A stretch of DNA of 64,000 bases, from positions 310,001 to 374,000 of the forward strand of contig CP120453.1 of assembly GCA_034226945.1 (NCBI GenBank). The letters run 5' to 3'. Positions within the stretch are counted from its first letter, which is position 1. Every line of letters starts with the position of its first letter. The position numbers were made by a program, and so were the translations under genes. Shown piece after piece: positions 38,108 through 48,356 of this stretch. Source of the DNA: Picochlorum sp. SENEW3 (Eukaryota). The notes under the pieces are model-generated. The model did not search any database. It saw nothing but the letters and a program-made list of their open reading frames with translations, and was not told where the DNA came from.

Positions 38108-39631
38108 ATGGATCCTGATACCACGATGCCATACGCTATGGGAAATGAGCAATTCGCACAGGGGGACTACATGCACTATTACATGGCTGTGCCTCCTCCA
38201 GGCATGTATCCTGCAGCAGGTGGTGAACCTGTAATGTATGGTCCGGGGTATGTAGGTGTGCCGCAAGGGCACTGGAACTCCAATCACAGTGAACATTATA
38301 AAGTTGAGCGTAGGAGTTCGTCATCCATGGACTCTACCCGCTCGGCGCAATCATGGCGCCCTGGGGACAGCAATGGTGGAAAGCGGACAAAAGCAGACAA
38401 AAGCTTTGCTGGAAAGTCTGCCGTGTCATGCATGGTTGGTCTGTATATTCAGGACGTGGCATTTGCACAGTATGAAAAAGTATTCCAAGAACCAATTTAC
38501 GAGTGTCTGGTTTTCGAGAGACAGCATGATGAAGCTGTGGGAAAGGATGCTTCCTTTTCAACAGAGTTTGGATCTGCAAAATCTATGCTGAAGCACGCCA
38601 TCAATGTGGACGATGCACTGCGAAAACTTAGCCCTGATCTGATTAGGCAAATTGCCCTGGACTTTGATGGCTCCAAATTGCTGCAGAAAATTCTGTCAAA
38701 TACTGGACCAACTGTTGCAGAGGCCCTGTTCAGCATCCTCTCTGGCACCATGATGAACGTATCCATCGACGTATACGGCAATTATGTGGTTCAGTGTTTG
38801 ATGAAGTCTAAGAGTGATACTGTTGTGAGGGAACTTGGTGATATTGTCCTGCAGAAAGCATTGCCCTTGTCTCTGAACTTTTACGGATGCAGGGTGATGC
38901 AGGCTGCAATTCGATTTCTTCCTTCAGAGTACGTCGCAAGCATATGCGATGCTATTGAGCCATTTGCCATTCACTGTCTCCAGAGTCAAAATGCCAACCA
39001 TGTCGTGAATGCCATATTGGAGCTGCCAGAGACACATAGGCCCCCAAAGGCAGTCAACATCCATGCAAGTATTTGCAAGCATGCCCTGTCCATCGCGACC
39101 CACAAATACGCCTTCAAGGTGTTGCAGACAGCTTTGGGGTCTGACATTTCTATTTCAGTATCAAAGCAGACAGTTGGTCGTGTCAAGCAAGCATTATACG
39201 AACTCTCCTATGATGAATTTGGGAACTATCTTTTGCAGTACATGATTGAAAGCAACTGCTATGGCAGTCGTGGTACCGTGATTGAGTTCATTTCACGCGC
39301 ACCTTTGCTGACTCTAGCCTGCAACAAGTATGGCTCGAATGTCCTGGAGAAGTCGCTGCTGCACAGCACCTCGCAACAAAGTGACTTGATTGTTCTGCAG
39401 CTTCTGCACCAGTGCAGACAGGCAGGGCCTGTTGATCAAATTTTGGCCAATGTGACCTCCAACAAGTATGGAAACTACGTCATGCAGAGAATCCTGGCAG
39501 TGTCATCGCTGACTACTCGCCAGATGATCTCTTCCTACCTCATGAATCATATGGATTTCTTGATGAGTTCGAAATATGGAAGACACATCACCAGGCATCT
39601 CCAGGAGACTGCTGGGACAATGTATGGGTAG
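38108..39631 (+). CDS. Pumilio/PUF RNA-binding protein with eight repeats
   Basis: Repeats DFDGSKLLQ, DVYGNYVVQ, NFYGCRVMQ, SQNANHVVN, HKYAFKVLQ, DEFGNYLLQ, NKYGSNVLE and NKYGNYVMQ, ending YGRHI. Confidence 0.9.
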   Translation: MDPDTTMPYAMGNEQFAQGDYMHYYMAVPPPGMYPAAGGEPVMYGPGYVGVPQGHWNSNHSEHYKVERRSSSSMDSTRSAQSWRPGDSNGGKRTKADKSFAGKSAVSCMVGLYIQDVAFAQYEKVFQEPIYECLVFERQHDEAVGKDASFSTEFGSAKSMLKHAINVDDALRKLSPDLIRQIALDFDGSKLLQKILSNTGPTVAEALFSILSGTMMNVSIDVYGNYVVQCLMKSKSDTVVRELGDIVLQKALPLSLNFYGCRVMQAAIRFLPSEYVASICDAIEPFAIHCLQSQNANHVVNAILELPETHRPPKAVNIHASICKHALSIATHKYAFKVLQTALGSDISISVSKQTVGRVKQALYELSYDEFGNYLLQYMIESNCYGSRGTVIEFISRAPLLTLACNKYGSNVLEKSLLHSTSQQSDLIVLQLLHQCRQAGPVDQILANVTSNKYGNYVMQRILAVSSLTTRQMISSYLMNHMDFLMSSKYGRHITRHLQETAGTMYG

Positions 39632-39824
39632 AACCCTCATTTTTTCCCCATTCAATAACATTTACTTTTTTCTTGTGTATTGTAAAACCGAAAACATCGA
39701 GGAAATACATCCGGTTTATCAATCCTTCGCAGAGTCCCAAAGAGTGGCATATGTGTCAATGCATTTGTAATTAATGCCCATTTAGGTCTATAGATATCGA
39801 TAGAAAGATATCTCGAATAGCAGT

Positions 39825-40817
39825 ATGTCAGTGCAAGCATCGAGGTACCTGGATACGACAAAAGCGTCATTCCCATGTCCCCTATCTGATGCTCCAGCAC
39901 ACGAATACAGGGCTGCTACGGCAGAGATTCATACATATGAGGACTTGGAACGATTTCTGAAGAGCTCTAGTGCGCAAGCATATCTCTCATTCGTGTTATA
40001 TCTGAACAATGCAGTGTCTGGAATGTCTTTTGCCTCTGTACCGGACACACCTTCTCCTGGACGTCCCGTCATTGACAGCATGATATTGATATTCGAGCGC
40101 ATGAAATCGTGGGTGGATGATTTTCCACCGGTTAAAGAGAATGTAAGGTTTGGTAACCCATCATTTCGACTGTGGTATCAAAAGGTTGTGGAGGAGTCCC
40201 CACGTCTCATCAAAGACATAATACCAGAGAACATTGTTCAACAACAGGGACTGTGCGAGGAACTCCAGTCATACTTTATAGAGAGTTTCGGGAACCGTTC
40301 CCGCATAGATTATGGGACGGGTCATGAGACGTCATTTGTGGCATTCTTGTTTTGCATGGCCAAGGCAGGAATCTTTCACAAAGACGATGCGGTGGATCTG
40401 GTACGAATGGTATTCGTGGAATATCTCGACACCGTACGAAAGATTCAAAGAGTATATTGTTTAGAACCAGCTGGAACCCGAGGTGTATGGGGGCTGGACG
40501 ATTATCAAATTCTTCCATTCATGTGGGGGTCCTCACAATTGGTTGGCCAGAATGACATCAAACCACAAAGCGTTCAACAACCCGCAATCTTGGAAAAATA
40601 TAGCGACGAGTACTTGTATATTTCATGTATCAAATTCATATGCGACATCAAGTCGGGTCCCTTTCACGAAACATCTCCCATGCTGTATGACATATCAGGC
40701 GTGGAATCATGGAGCAAGATTAATACAGGAATGATCAAAATGTACTTGGGAGAATTGCTTAGCAAAAGACCAGTCATGCAACATTTTCTCCTTGGATCTA
40801 TTCTTACAATGAGTTGA
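39825..40817 (+). CDS. PTPA: PP2A phosphotyrosyl phosphatase activator (PTPA/RRD)
   Basis: Motifs RFGNPSFR, SFGNRSRIDYGTGHE, LEPAGTRGVWGLDDY and VMQHF. Confidence 0.95.
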   Translation: MSVQASRYLDTTKASFPCPLSDAPAHEYRAATAEIHTYEDLERFLKSSSAQAYLSFVLYLNNAVSGMSFASVPDTPSPGRPVIDSMILIFERMKSWVDDFPPVKENVRFGNPSFRLWYQKVVEESPRLIKDIIPENIVQQQGLCEELQSYFIESFGNRSRIDYGTGHETSFVAFLFCMAKAGIFHKDDAVDLVRMVFVEYLDTVRKIQRVYCLEPAGTRGVWGLDDYQILPFMWGSSQLVGQNDIKPQSVQQPAILEKYSDEYLYISCIKFICDIKSGPFHETSPMLYDISGVESWSKINTGMIKMYLGELLSKRPVMQHFLLGSILTMS

Positions 40818-41918
40818 CTAGCTATGTAATGGTGTATCATGGAGCGAGGTTTTCAGATCAGAGAGCATCTCTGGTCTCATACGCAACAGAAGCAGCGTCC
40901 TCACATGTGCTTTTATTCTGTCCGCCAAGGCACCCTGTACCCTCGCCACTTCATGTATCATCTGTTGTATATGCTGATTGGTAGGGTTCTGTATCCCACT
41001 GGGCAGATGCAACAAGCACCTCCCGCCATGCCCACCCAGAGCATGTTTATTCAATTCAATTGTCTTCACACTCGACCTGTACACATCATTCACTTGAGAA
41101 AGAATTTCTTCTCTATTCAACACCTGTATTGATTTCTTCTCCATCTGCCGAGGCATCTCATACCGCCTCCCCTCTCCAGCAGCAGCAGCACCAGCAGGTG
41201 CCTTGGCCTCTGGCTTGGCCACAACAGCATACTTGGGAACCACATGCACCCCTACATCCGCTCGATCAAACTGAACCCTACATGAATCTTCTACTATAGA
41301 CAAAATAACCCCGTCATGAATCTCCAACGATTCCGGATGAATCGCAGAAACCCGCTGCGCAACTGCCAAAGACCCCGCCTTTGCATAATACTCTTTACGA
41401 TACAAATGCAGGTCCACCCGACTATCATGTAAAAACGACTTGGATAATCGACGGGGTTTCTTACCAAGAAGCGACCGTATCGCCCACCACTCATCCGCCT
41501 GCAGGAGCGGCTCACGACCCAGCCCCAGACAGTCTACCATCTGCTGCATGCCATCCTGCTTCCCAGCACTCCATGCCCTATCTGCCTCCGAATAGAAAAA
41601 TTCACGCATACAAAACATCCGAGTATCAAATTTATCCATAACATGCTCCATAGAGCGCTGCACATGCTTTAAAGACGGAGGAACATTGTCTTTGCCGCCC
41701 TGTCCAGTATCAGCCACACCCTTGGTTTCCCGTCGTTTCGACGGAGACACACTCGACCCACCCACAGCCTTTCGAGCCTTTCCTTCGTCTCCCTTTGCAC
41801 TCAGATTCTTTTTCCGACGAGCATTCTTTGCTACAGCAGACAGAGAGAGCAAGGCATAGATGCCACTCGTTTCTTCGTCATCGTAGCTGCGAGACTTTCG
41901 CTTCTTGGAGTCATCCAT
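40818..41918 (-). CDS. LIN9: LIN-9/ALWAYS EARLY-like DREAM-complex subunit (DIRP plus Tudor-like domain)
   Basis: DIRP segments EFFYSEAD and EWWAIRSLLGKKPRRLS, followed by QRVSAIHP...HDGVIL...CRVQFDR. Confidence 0.85.
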   Translation of the reverse strand: MDDSKKRKSRSYDDEETSGIYALLSLSAVAKNARRKKNLSAKGDEGKARKAVGGSSVSPSKRRETKGVADTGQGGKDNVPPSLKHVQRSMEHVMDKFDTRMFCMREFFYSEADRAWSAGKQDGMQQMVDCLGLGREPLLQADEWWAIRSLLGKKPRRLSKSFLHDSRVDLHLYRKEYYAKAGSLAVAQRVSAIHPESLEIHDGVILSIVEDSCRVQFDRADVGVHVVPKYAVVAKPEAKAPAGAAAAGEGRRYEMPRQMEKKSIQVLNREEILSQVNDVYRSSVKTIELNKHALGGHGGRCLLHLPSGIQNPTNQHIQQMIHEVARVQGALADRIKAHVRTLLLLRMRPEMLSDLKTSLHDTPLHS

Positions 41919-42369
41919 CTCATTCACACATCCACCAAATCGACCAAGTGAATAATTGTTGTTGGATTAAGTTTTTTCAATTAAGGAATACAGCGACACG
42001 ACACTCTGCTCGTTTGAACATGCATCGAATCTTTTCTTCCCCGAGTCCTTCCGAAAACACGATCATTTCCCATCAAAGCAGCCCTTTGATGGTATACATG
42101 TTTGAAACGGAATCCCGGTGCCTGCTCGTCTCGCACGCCAACAGACGAATTAGGATCCATCCCCACGCCGCGCATGGAATTATAAACACAAATATATATA
42201 TATATGCATCGATGTATCAGGGTGAGCCAATCCGGATGACAACCACCTTACGTGCCCTATTCGATTGGAAGATTTGAATTGCTTTTGAGACCTCTTCTCT
42301 TCTGAATACGGCCATGTCCGATTCAGCATCGTAGAGATATGATCATACAGTTGTAGTATTTTGATAGGA

Positions 42370-42822
42370 ATGACGAAGCGGACACTTGCGTGTTGCATCC
42401 CTATTCGACAGCGTCGAGGTTCCGCTGGGGTCACCCTGGACAACGTGCAAGTCATGTTGGTATCCAGTCGACGGGAGGGGAAGGAGCTGCTGTTTCCCAA
42501 GGGTGGTTGGGAGAATGGAGAGAGTATTTATGCTGCAGCAGAGCGCGAAGCGTTTGAGGAGGCGGGCATCAAGGGTGTGCTAGAAAAGCCTCACTTTGCT
42601 GTGTATGAATACCATTCTAGGAAGAAGAAGGAGCCTAATGGGGAATCAAGCGAGCGAGTTGTGTACGTTTTTCTTCTTCATGTGCATGAAGAGTTGGAAG
42701 AATGGCCAGAAAAGGTGAGAACAAGGCATTGGATGGATGTGCACCGGGCCAAAGGGCAGCTCAAGCATGCATGGATGAAGCAGGCTTTGGATGACTTGAT
42801 AGCCATCAAAAAGTGGACATGA
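42370..42822 (+). CDS. Nudix hydrolase, diphosphoinositol polyphosphate phosphohydrolase (DIPP)-like
   Basis: Nudix box GGWENGESIYAAAEREAFEEAGI, plus VMLVSSR and EWPE. Confidence 0.9.
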   Translation: MTKRTLACCIPIRQRRGSAGVTLDNVQVMLVSSRREGKELLFPKGGWENGESIYAAAEREAFEEAGIKGVLEKPHFAVYEYHSRKKKEPNGESSERVVYVFLLHVHEELEEWPEKVRTRHWMDVHRAKGQLKHAWMKQALDDLIAIKKWT

Positions 42823-42868
42823 GCTGTTATTATTATTATTATATTGTATTTTTCTAACGATACGACGG

Positions 42869-43961
42869 ATGGAATCGACTGTAACAACTGGGAAGGAGAA
42901 GAGAAAGTCGGAGATTCAATTGACAAAGGACGATGCGGAGGACGTCGAGGTACGGTTTATGTAAAGCATAGCGTATGGGCTTTTTTAGTATACTACTGAT
43001 GTATTTTTTATAACAGGGTGGAACGGAGGGCGTGTTTCAAAAGGCAGACGACAATGTCCTGAAAACTCGAAAAATTTGCAAAGTCAAACGAACGATTCAG
43101 ACGACCACGTCAGAGGATGGGGCGAAGACAAAGAATCCATTTGCATCTGTGACTCTTCAGAAAGAGACGGGTGATACGGCTGAGACGAAGACGGAGGGAA
43201 CGGACAAGGCGAAGAGCACTGGTTTGGGGGGTGGCTTTGGTGGCATCGCATCAACGTCAGGGGCTGGTGGTTTCGGTGGACTTGCTGCTGCTGCGGGTTC
43301 AGGTAATGGATTTGGAGGTTTGGCTGCGGCGGCGGGTGCAGGTTTTGGTGGGCTTGCGTCGTCAACACCAGCTGGTGGCTTGGCATTTGGAAAAGCAGCT
43401 CATGGGGATGAAAAGGGTGGTGCGGATGCGGCGACACAGAGCACTGCTGCTGTACCCGTATTTGGCGGAGATAAAAAGTCTGATTCCCAGGAGAAGAAGC
43501 AGTCTGACGCTAGCAACCAAGAGTCGTTGAAGACTGGAGAGGAGGGTGAAGATACTCTGTATTGTTGTTCTGCATCATTGTACGAATTTCATGATAGTCA
43601 ATGGAAAGAGAAGGGAAAAGGTATGATAAAAGTGAATAAAGATAAGGAGAAAAAATCGACTCGGCTGATTATGCGCCAGCAAGGAAATCTAAAGCTCTTG
43701 TTGAATGCAAATGTGTGGCATGGTATGAAGATCACCAAGATGGACGAGTCAAAGGTGCGTGTGTGTATGTCTCATTCGTGCATCTAATGCCATCATACCA
43801 AGTAGTAGTAATAGTATGTGCAGGGCATGAGTTTTACTGCCGTGAATCATCTGGAGGATGCGTCAGAAGCCTCTCTCAGGACATTTGCCATACGCGCGAG
43901 GGAGGCGGCATCCATCAATGAATTATATAGTACAATACAGCGTGCAATAGATGATATGTAA
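42869..43961 (+). CDS. NUP50: Nucleoporin NUP50-like (N-terminal importin-alpha-binding motif, GFGG repeats, Ran-binding domain)
   Basis: Introns 42950-43016 and 43755-43823. Contains KRKSEIQLTKDD, FQKA..RKICKVKR, four GFGG repeats and TGEEGE..WKEKGKG..RLIMR..LLLNA. Confidence 0.88.
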
Positions 43962-44040
43962 CCACGCGTGCGATATTGTTACACAACTATTGAGTTCGGT
44001 GTCTATCATGGAAGTCATTTGTCAGTTGACTTTAGAAATG

Positions 44041-44658
44041 TCAGACCATGTTTGTCTGTGGACCAGATGGAGTGCTTCCTCCGCTTGGACCAGATCTGTT
44101 CTTAGTAGCCAGGAAAGACATGACAGTAGACACTGTCCATGCAAACCAAGTGAGCCAACTGAAGGCACACGATGCCTCAATTCTACTGTTTGACCACCAC
44201 TCGTTGACAAGAGATGACATGACAGCAGCTGCAGCCAGCCAGAACACCCACCAGATCACATTGATCACGAGTTCGATGAGAACAATTGTCGGACTATCAC
44301 CAAGATTGGCAAAGTACAGGACCAAAAACACGAGGCAAATAACCATGGATGTCACACCAGTGAAAATCTGCACAACAGATGAGAATCACCACACGATCAT
44401 ACATCTCGTAACCCAATCCAACGCACCATGTAATTGATTTTACTGGTTCCATCGTATTCAGCAACCACAGCAAATGCTATAATGGAGAAGAGTAACTGCG
44501 GGAATGCCAAGAAGTATCAACAACGGATCTCAATGAAAGGATCAATACCGTGACAGGTTCACATAAATCATCTAAAATTTTTCATCCACTGCACAGAAGC
44601 ATACCTCAATAGCACGCAAGATGATGTTGATAAGTTTGTGAGATGACGCGTCACCCAT
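44041..44658 (-). CDS. MARVEL-domain four-TM membrane protein
   Basis: Introns 44496-44604 and 44368-44426. Contains ILRAIELLFSIIAFAV, WWVFWLAAAA and ASCAFSWLTW. Confidence 0.8.
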
Positions 44659-44950
44659 GATTTCTACCAGTGCCTTTTTTGAGTATCGGAGTGGAAACCG
44701 AAAAGATTCTGTCTTAATGAGTGAAAATACAGTGAAATTATCAAATATTTTTGACCAAGCGTGTGCGTGACACGGACAATGAGAATCGTGCCAATGCGTC
44801 CTGGGAGACTGATCGAGTGGCAACCATCGACGAGGTTGGTTGATGGGAACCTATGCATGTACCTGACACGTGTCAAGATTCGATGTCACATTACAGTCCA
44901 AGAAGAAATGGTGATGACAGGGTATTGCTACGAGCTTATTAGTATCGTGT

Positions 44951-46038
44951 TTACTGTTTCTGAAAGTCTGGCATCAATGGCTGGCTGAATGCTGAATCAT
45001 CTGTGATGAGTGTCTCTGTCGGTGCTTTGGAGGCTGGCTCTGGTGATGGTTCATCCTTTGAGAACCAGGAGAACCATGAGCTACCGCCAGTTTTTTCTTC
45101 CTGCTGCTCTGGGAAAGGCGATTCTGGAGCAGCAGATCCCAGAGTTTGATCTGGCATGGAGCCAGATGGACTTGGACCTGGCATGTCCATCATGGGGACT
45201 GGTGCTGGAGGTGGTGCTGTCACCCTGGTCAATAGAATTCCAACGCCCTCAATCATGCCTAACAAAATTCCTCCGAATGCTGCTGATTTCATGGCGGACC
45301 GTAATCCTGTTCGGAGTTGCAGGACGCCTCCTGTTAATGCTGCTGCTGCTATGCTATTCCAAGGATCCTCTGCAGTATCACAAGAGTCAAACACTCAGTG
45401 GATGGCGACATAGAGTCCAGATGGGCTTGGACAGCGTTCATCAAGGTATGACTATGTACGGTTCCACCTACCTTTTTTCCTAAGCGCTACCAAAGTACAA
45501 TCAAATGTAGAAAACAAGCCACCCCAGACGGCAAAGCTTCCTCCTATTCTAGGTGCCTCTCGTCGGATCGACTGCACACAGGGACGAGTATATTAGATGA
45601 TGAACTCAAAGACGATATAGAGAGAAGCAACATACCTCTATTCCTCCGCGGAAACGAGCTCCGCTGGGACTGTTCTTCATGCCTTTCAATACGTGCCAGA
45701 GACCACCGCCGACGGCACCCATACCAAACGCGCCACCAACGTCATCTAGAATACTGCATATGGAAATGATTGGTTAAATGAAGGCCCTATACGCATGTGC
45801 CTAACGGCAATACACGAATAAACCAAAACAAAATGAAAAACAGAGAGACGCTGCCTGAACCTGTAAACGCACCGATCTGGACACGGTTCCTGCAATGAGA
45901 TAGCACATATTAATATAATATTCAAAAAATCCCATGTATGAGTCGCCATGATGGCGGCAGACAGGTTCCTGCGAATCAAGTGAACATGGCAGGCTCACGT
46001 ACCCTTCCGTGATCTACGCCTGGTCCTCCTCCTGACAT
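44951..46038 (-). CDS. TIM17: Mitochondrial inner-membrane translocase Tim17
   Basis: Introns 45890-46002, 45754-45872, 45572-45635 and 45370-45471, with a 17-nt microexon at 45873-45889. Gives [31 protein letters not shown] and KKEDPWNSI. Confidence 0.93.
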
Positions 46039-46338
46039 TTTAAAGATATATATGTAATGAAATTTGGTTGTTTGGAGACTTTGAAATACACTATGCTGCC
46101 TTTGTGGGTGATTGCAATCGCTTTTCCCAGAATGATTCGACCGCTGTTGGGCTCGTGTGGGCAGATGCGTACTACAAATCCGTTATTAATGACTATAAAA
46201 TCTATTTACATCTATTCTTGCAGAAGACGTCGTCATGATTGAAAGACATTATGGGAGGACATGTCATTTCTGGGCACTATACAGGAATGCCGGTCACAGA
46301 TGCCTTCTGACCGATGGCACTACACAAAACATTGTTGG

Positions 46339-47919
46339 CTACACTCGAGGTCCTGCTAATCGATCGAGATAGGAAGAATCCAAACCAGCTTCACGAAGTG
46401 ACGCAAGCAATCCGGTTCTGGCAACCTCCAGGATACCGTATGGCTCCAGAATCTCCTGTAGAGCTCTCAACTTCTTCTCCTTGCCTGCAATTTCAATGGT
46501 GACAGTGGTTCTGCTGATGTCACAAATACTTCCCCTGAAAATTCGAGCAATATCGAATACTTCACCTCGCTGCTGTGTATTGCATGATACTTTAATGAGC
46601 ATCAGTTCTCTCTCAACATGAGGCTGGTTTTCTACTTCAATGATGGAGTCTACATGCACAAGCTTGTACAACTGCTTGATCAGGTTTTGAATGGAGCTTT
46701 CACCCACTGGTACAACAATGGTAATGCGACTCATGCCTGGGGTTTCAGAGTTTCCCACAGCCAAAGATTGGATATTGAATCCACGTCGGGCAATGACTCC
46801 GGTGACTTCATTGAGCACGCCTGGGACGTCCTCCACATTCAAGGACAAAATTTTCCCCTTTTGTCGTGGTGGTGCTTTGGCATACGTGGCTTCTAATACT
46901 TCTTCTTTTCTCTCTATCAAAATATCCTCAGCATCCATAGAGTCCATGGTGGTTCCTCCATACACGTCCATTTTCTTGTCCTGATTACGAACCTTGATGG
47001 ACCTCCCCGCTGGACTTGCATCATCCTGGCTGCCACCCTGGAATGACGAGAGACGGTCGAACAGGTATTCTCCGCGATTAATCGCTATCCTTCCTGTACG
47101 AGAAAGCTCCATTATATCAAACTTGGCCACATTCCTAGTGAATGCCGCCAATTTACCGACATCACCGGTAAGTGCCAGGGTGCATGATGTCTCACCAACA
47201 TCCAGAATGCGGGCCCTGAATATTTCTGCCAAGTTTGTCAGCTCTACACGTCCTTCCCCTGGCGGAGCACGAACTTTGATGAGTACAAGCTCTCTCTCTG
47301 TAGCACGTCATAAAACAGAAAATTAGTGAGAATATACATGACACATGTGACAGATGCAAACTACACACCAATGTGCTCAATATCGGTAATGTCCTCCACA
47401 TATCGCACATTCACCAACTTGGCCACTTGCTTGGACAGGTTTGAAATCACGCTATCCGTCCCCGTTGCCACAATCGTAAAGAGCGCCTTGTCTTCACACA
47501 ACCCCACAGCCAATGACTCGATATTTAGCCCACGTCGTGCAAACACCCCTGCCACTCTGTTGATCATACCAGATTCATCCGCCACAAACACCGACAAAAT
47601 ATGCTTCTTCACTCCTTCATCCAACTGCTCACCACTGTTCACATACACATCATACGTTTCTCGCTGGGAAGCACGCACTGCCGTCACTGCCTGCACACAC
47701 ACCCAAAGGGCACACTCGTCATCAACAAGCACAGCACATTCGCATACACATTGCAGCCATTATTAAAACAGTAAAACGAACATTTTTCATCAAGAATGAT
47801 CGATGGGTGGATCCAGCATGCCTCACGGAGGGGCAATGCGACCGAACTAGCCCTGTCGCCTGCACATTTTCGAGGGTGCGAGCCCGAAGGTCATGGCGAC
47901 CACAATGCAATCGAATCAT
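46339..47919 (-). CDS. ilvH: Acetolactate synthase (AHAS) small regulatory subunit, plastid, two ACT repeats; start inferred
   Basis: Introns 47691-47781 and 47298-47368. ACT repeats [34 protein letters not shown] and [30 protein letters not shown]. Confidence 0.92.
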
Positions 47920-48356
47920 GAGACCAATCACAACCAGAAGAGCAGAAATATATATTTATTTGGAGACACTGAGGAGTTGTGTATCGACGATGACCTTTGC
48001 CCAGTACTGAGCCCACTAGTGGGCTCGTCGACAGATCTCCTCTAGAGGAGATCTGTTCGTAAGATCTGTGTTCCTCTGTTGAACGAACGATCGTTCGCGA
48101 ATGAACCATGGATTGCAACCGTGTTTGAGTATTTTTAAATACTATTATTAGTACTTCTTAGATATTCAGTGCTTCGATAGTCGTGGGATACAGGCGTCAC
48201 ATGAAGAAAAGTTGACCAAATTCGAACGGTATTGTTGTTGGACGTCCCAAAGGCAGTCTGAATCAAATTTCTTTAGATATTGCTCATATAGTGATATATA
48301 GTAATATAGTATTTAATTCTGAAGTGAGAATAAGGCATACAGTGAAGGGTGCGAGT

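Noticed and set aside
43222..43390. Tandem GGTTTTGGTGG-like repeats as a repeat array or CRISPR
   Set aside because: They are coding GFGG repeats of NUP50, with no spacer-repeat regularity.
48046..48115. Fragments (GATCTGTTC, CTCTGTT, ATGAACCATG) resembling plant U3 snoRNA
   Set aside because: The matches are short and partly explained by the palindrome arms. Box A', B, C and D are not present in proper order.
48251..48270. Minus-strand ATTCAGACTGC resembling RNase P RNA CR-V
   Set aside because: No matching CR-I partner is found upstream, and that region is DUO3 CDS.
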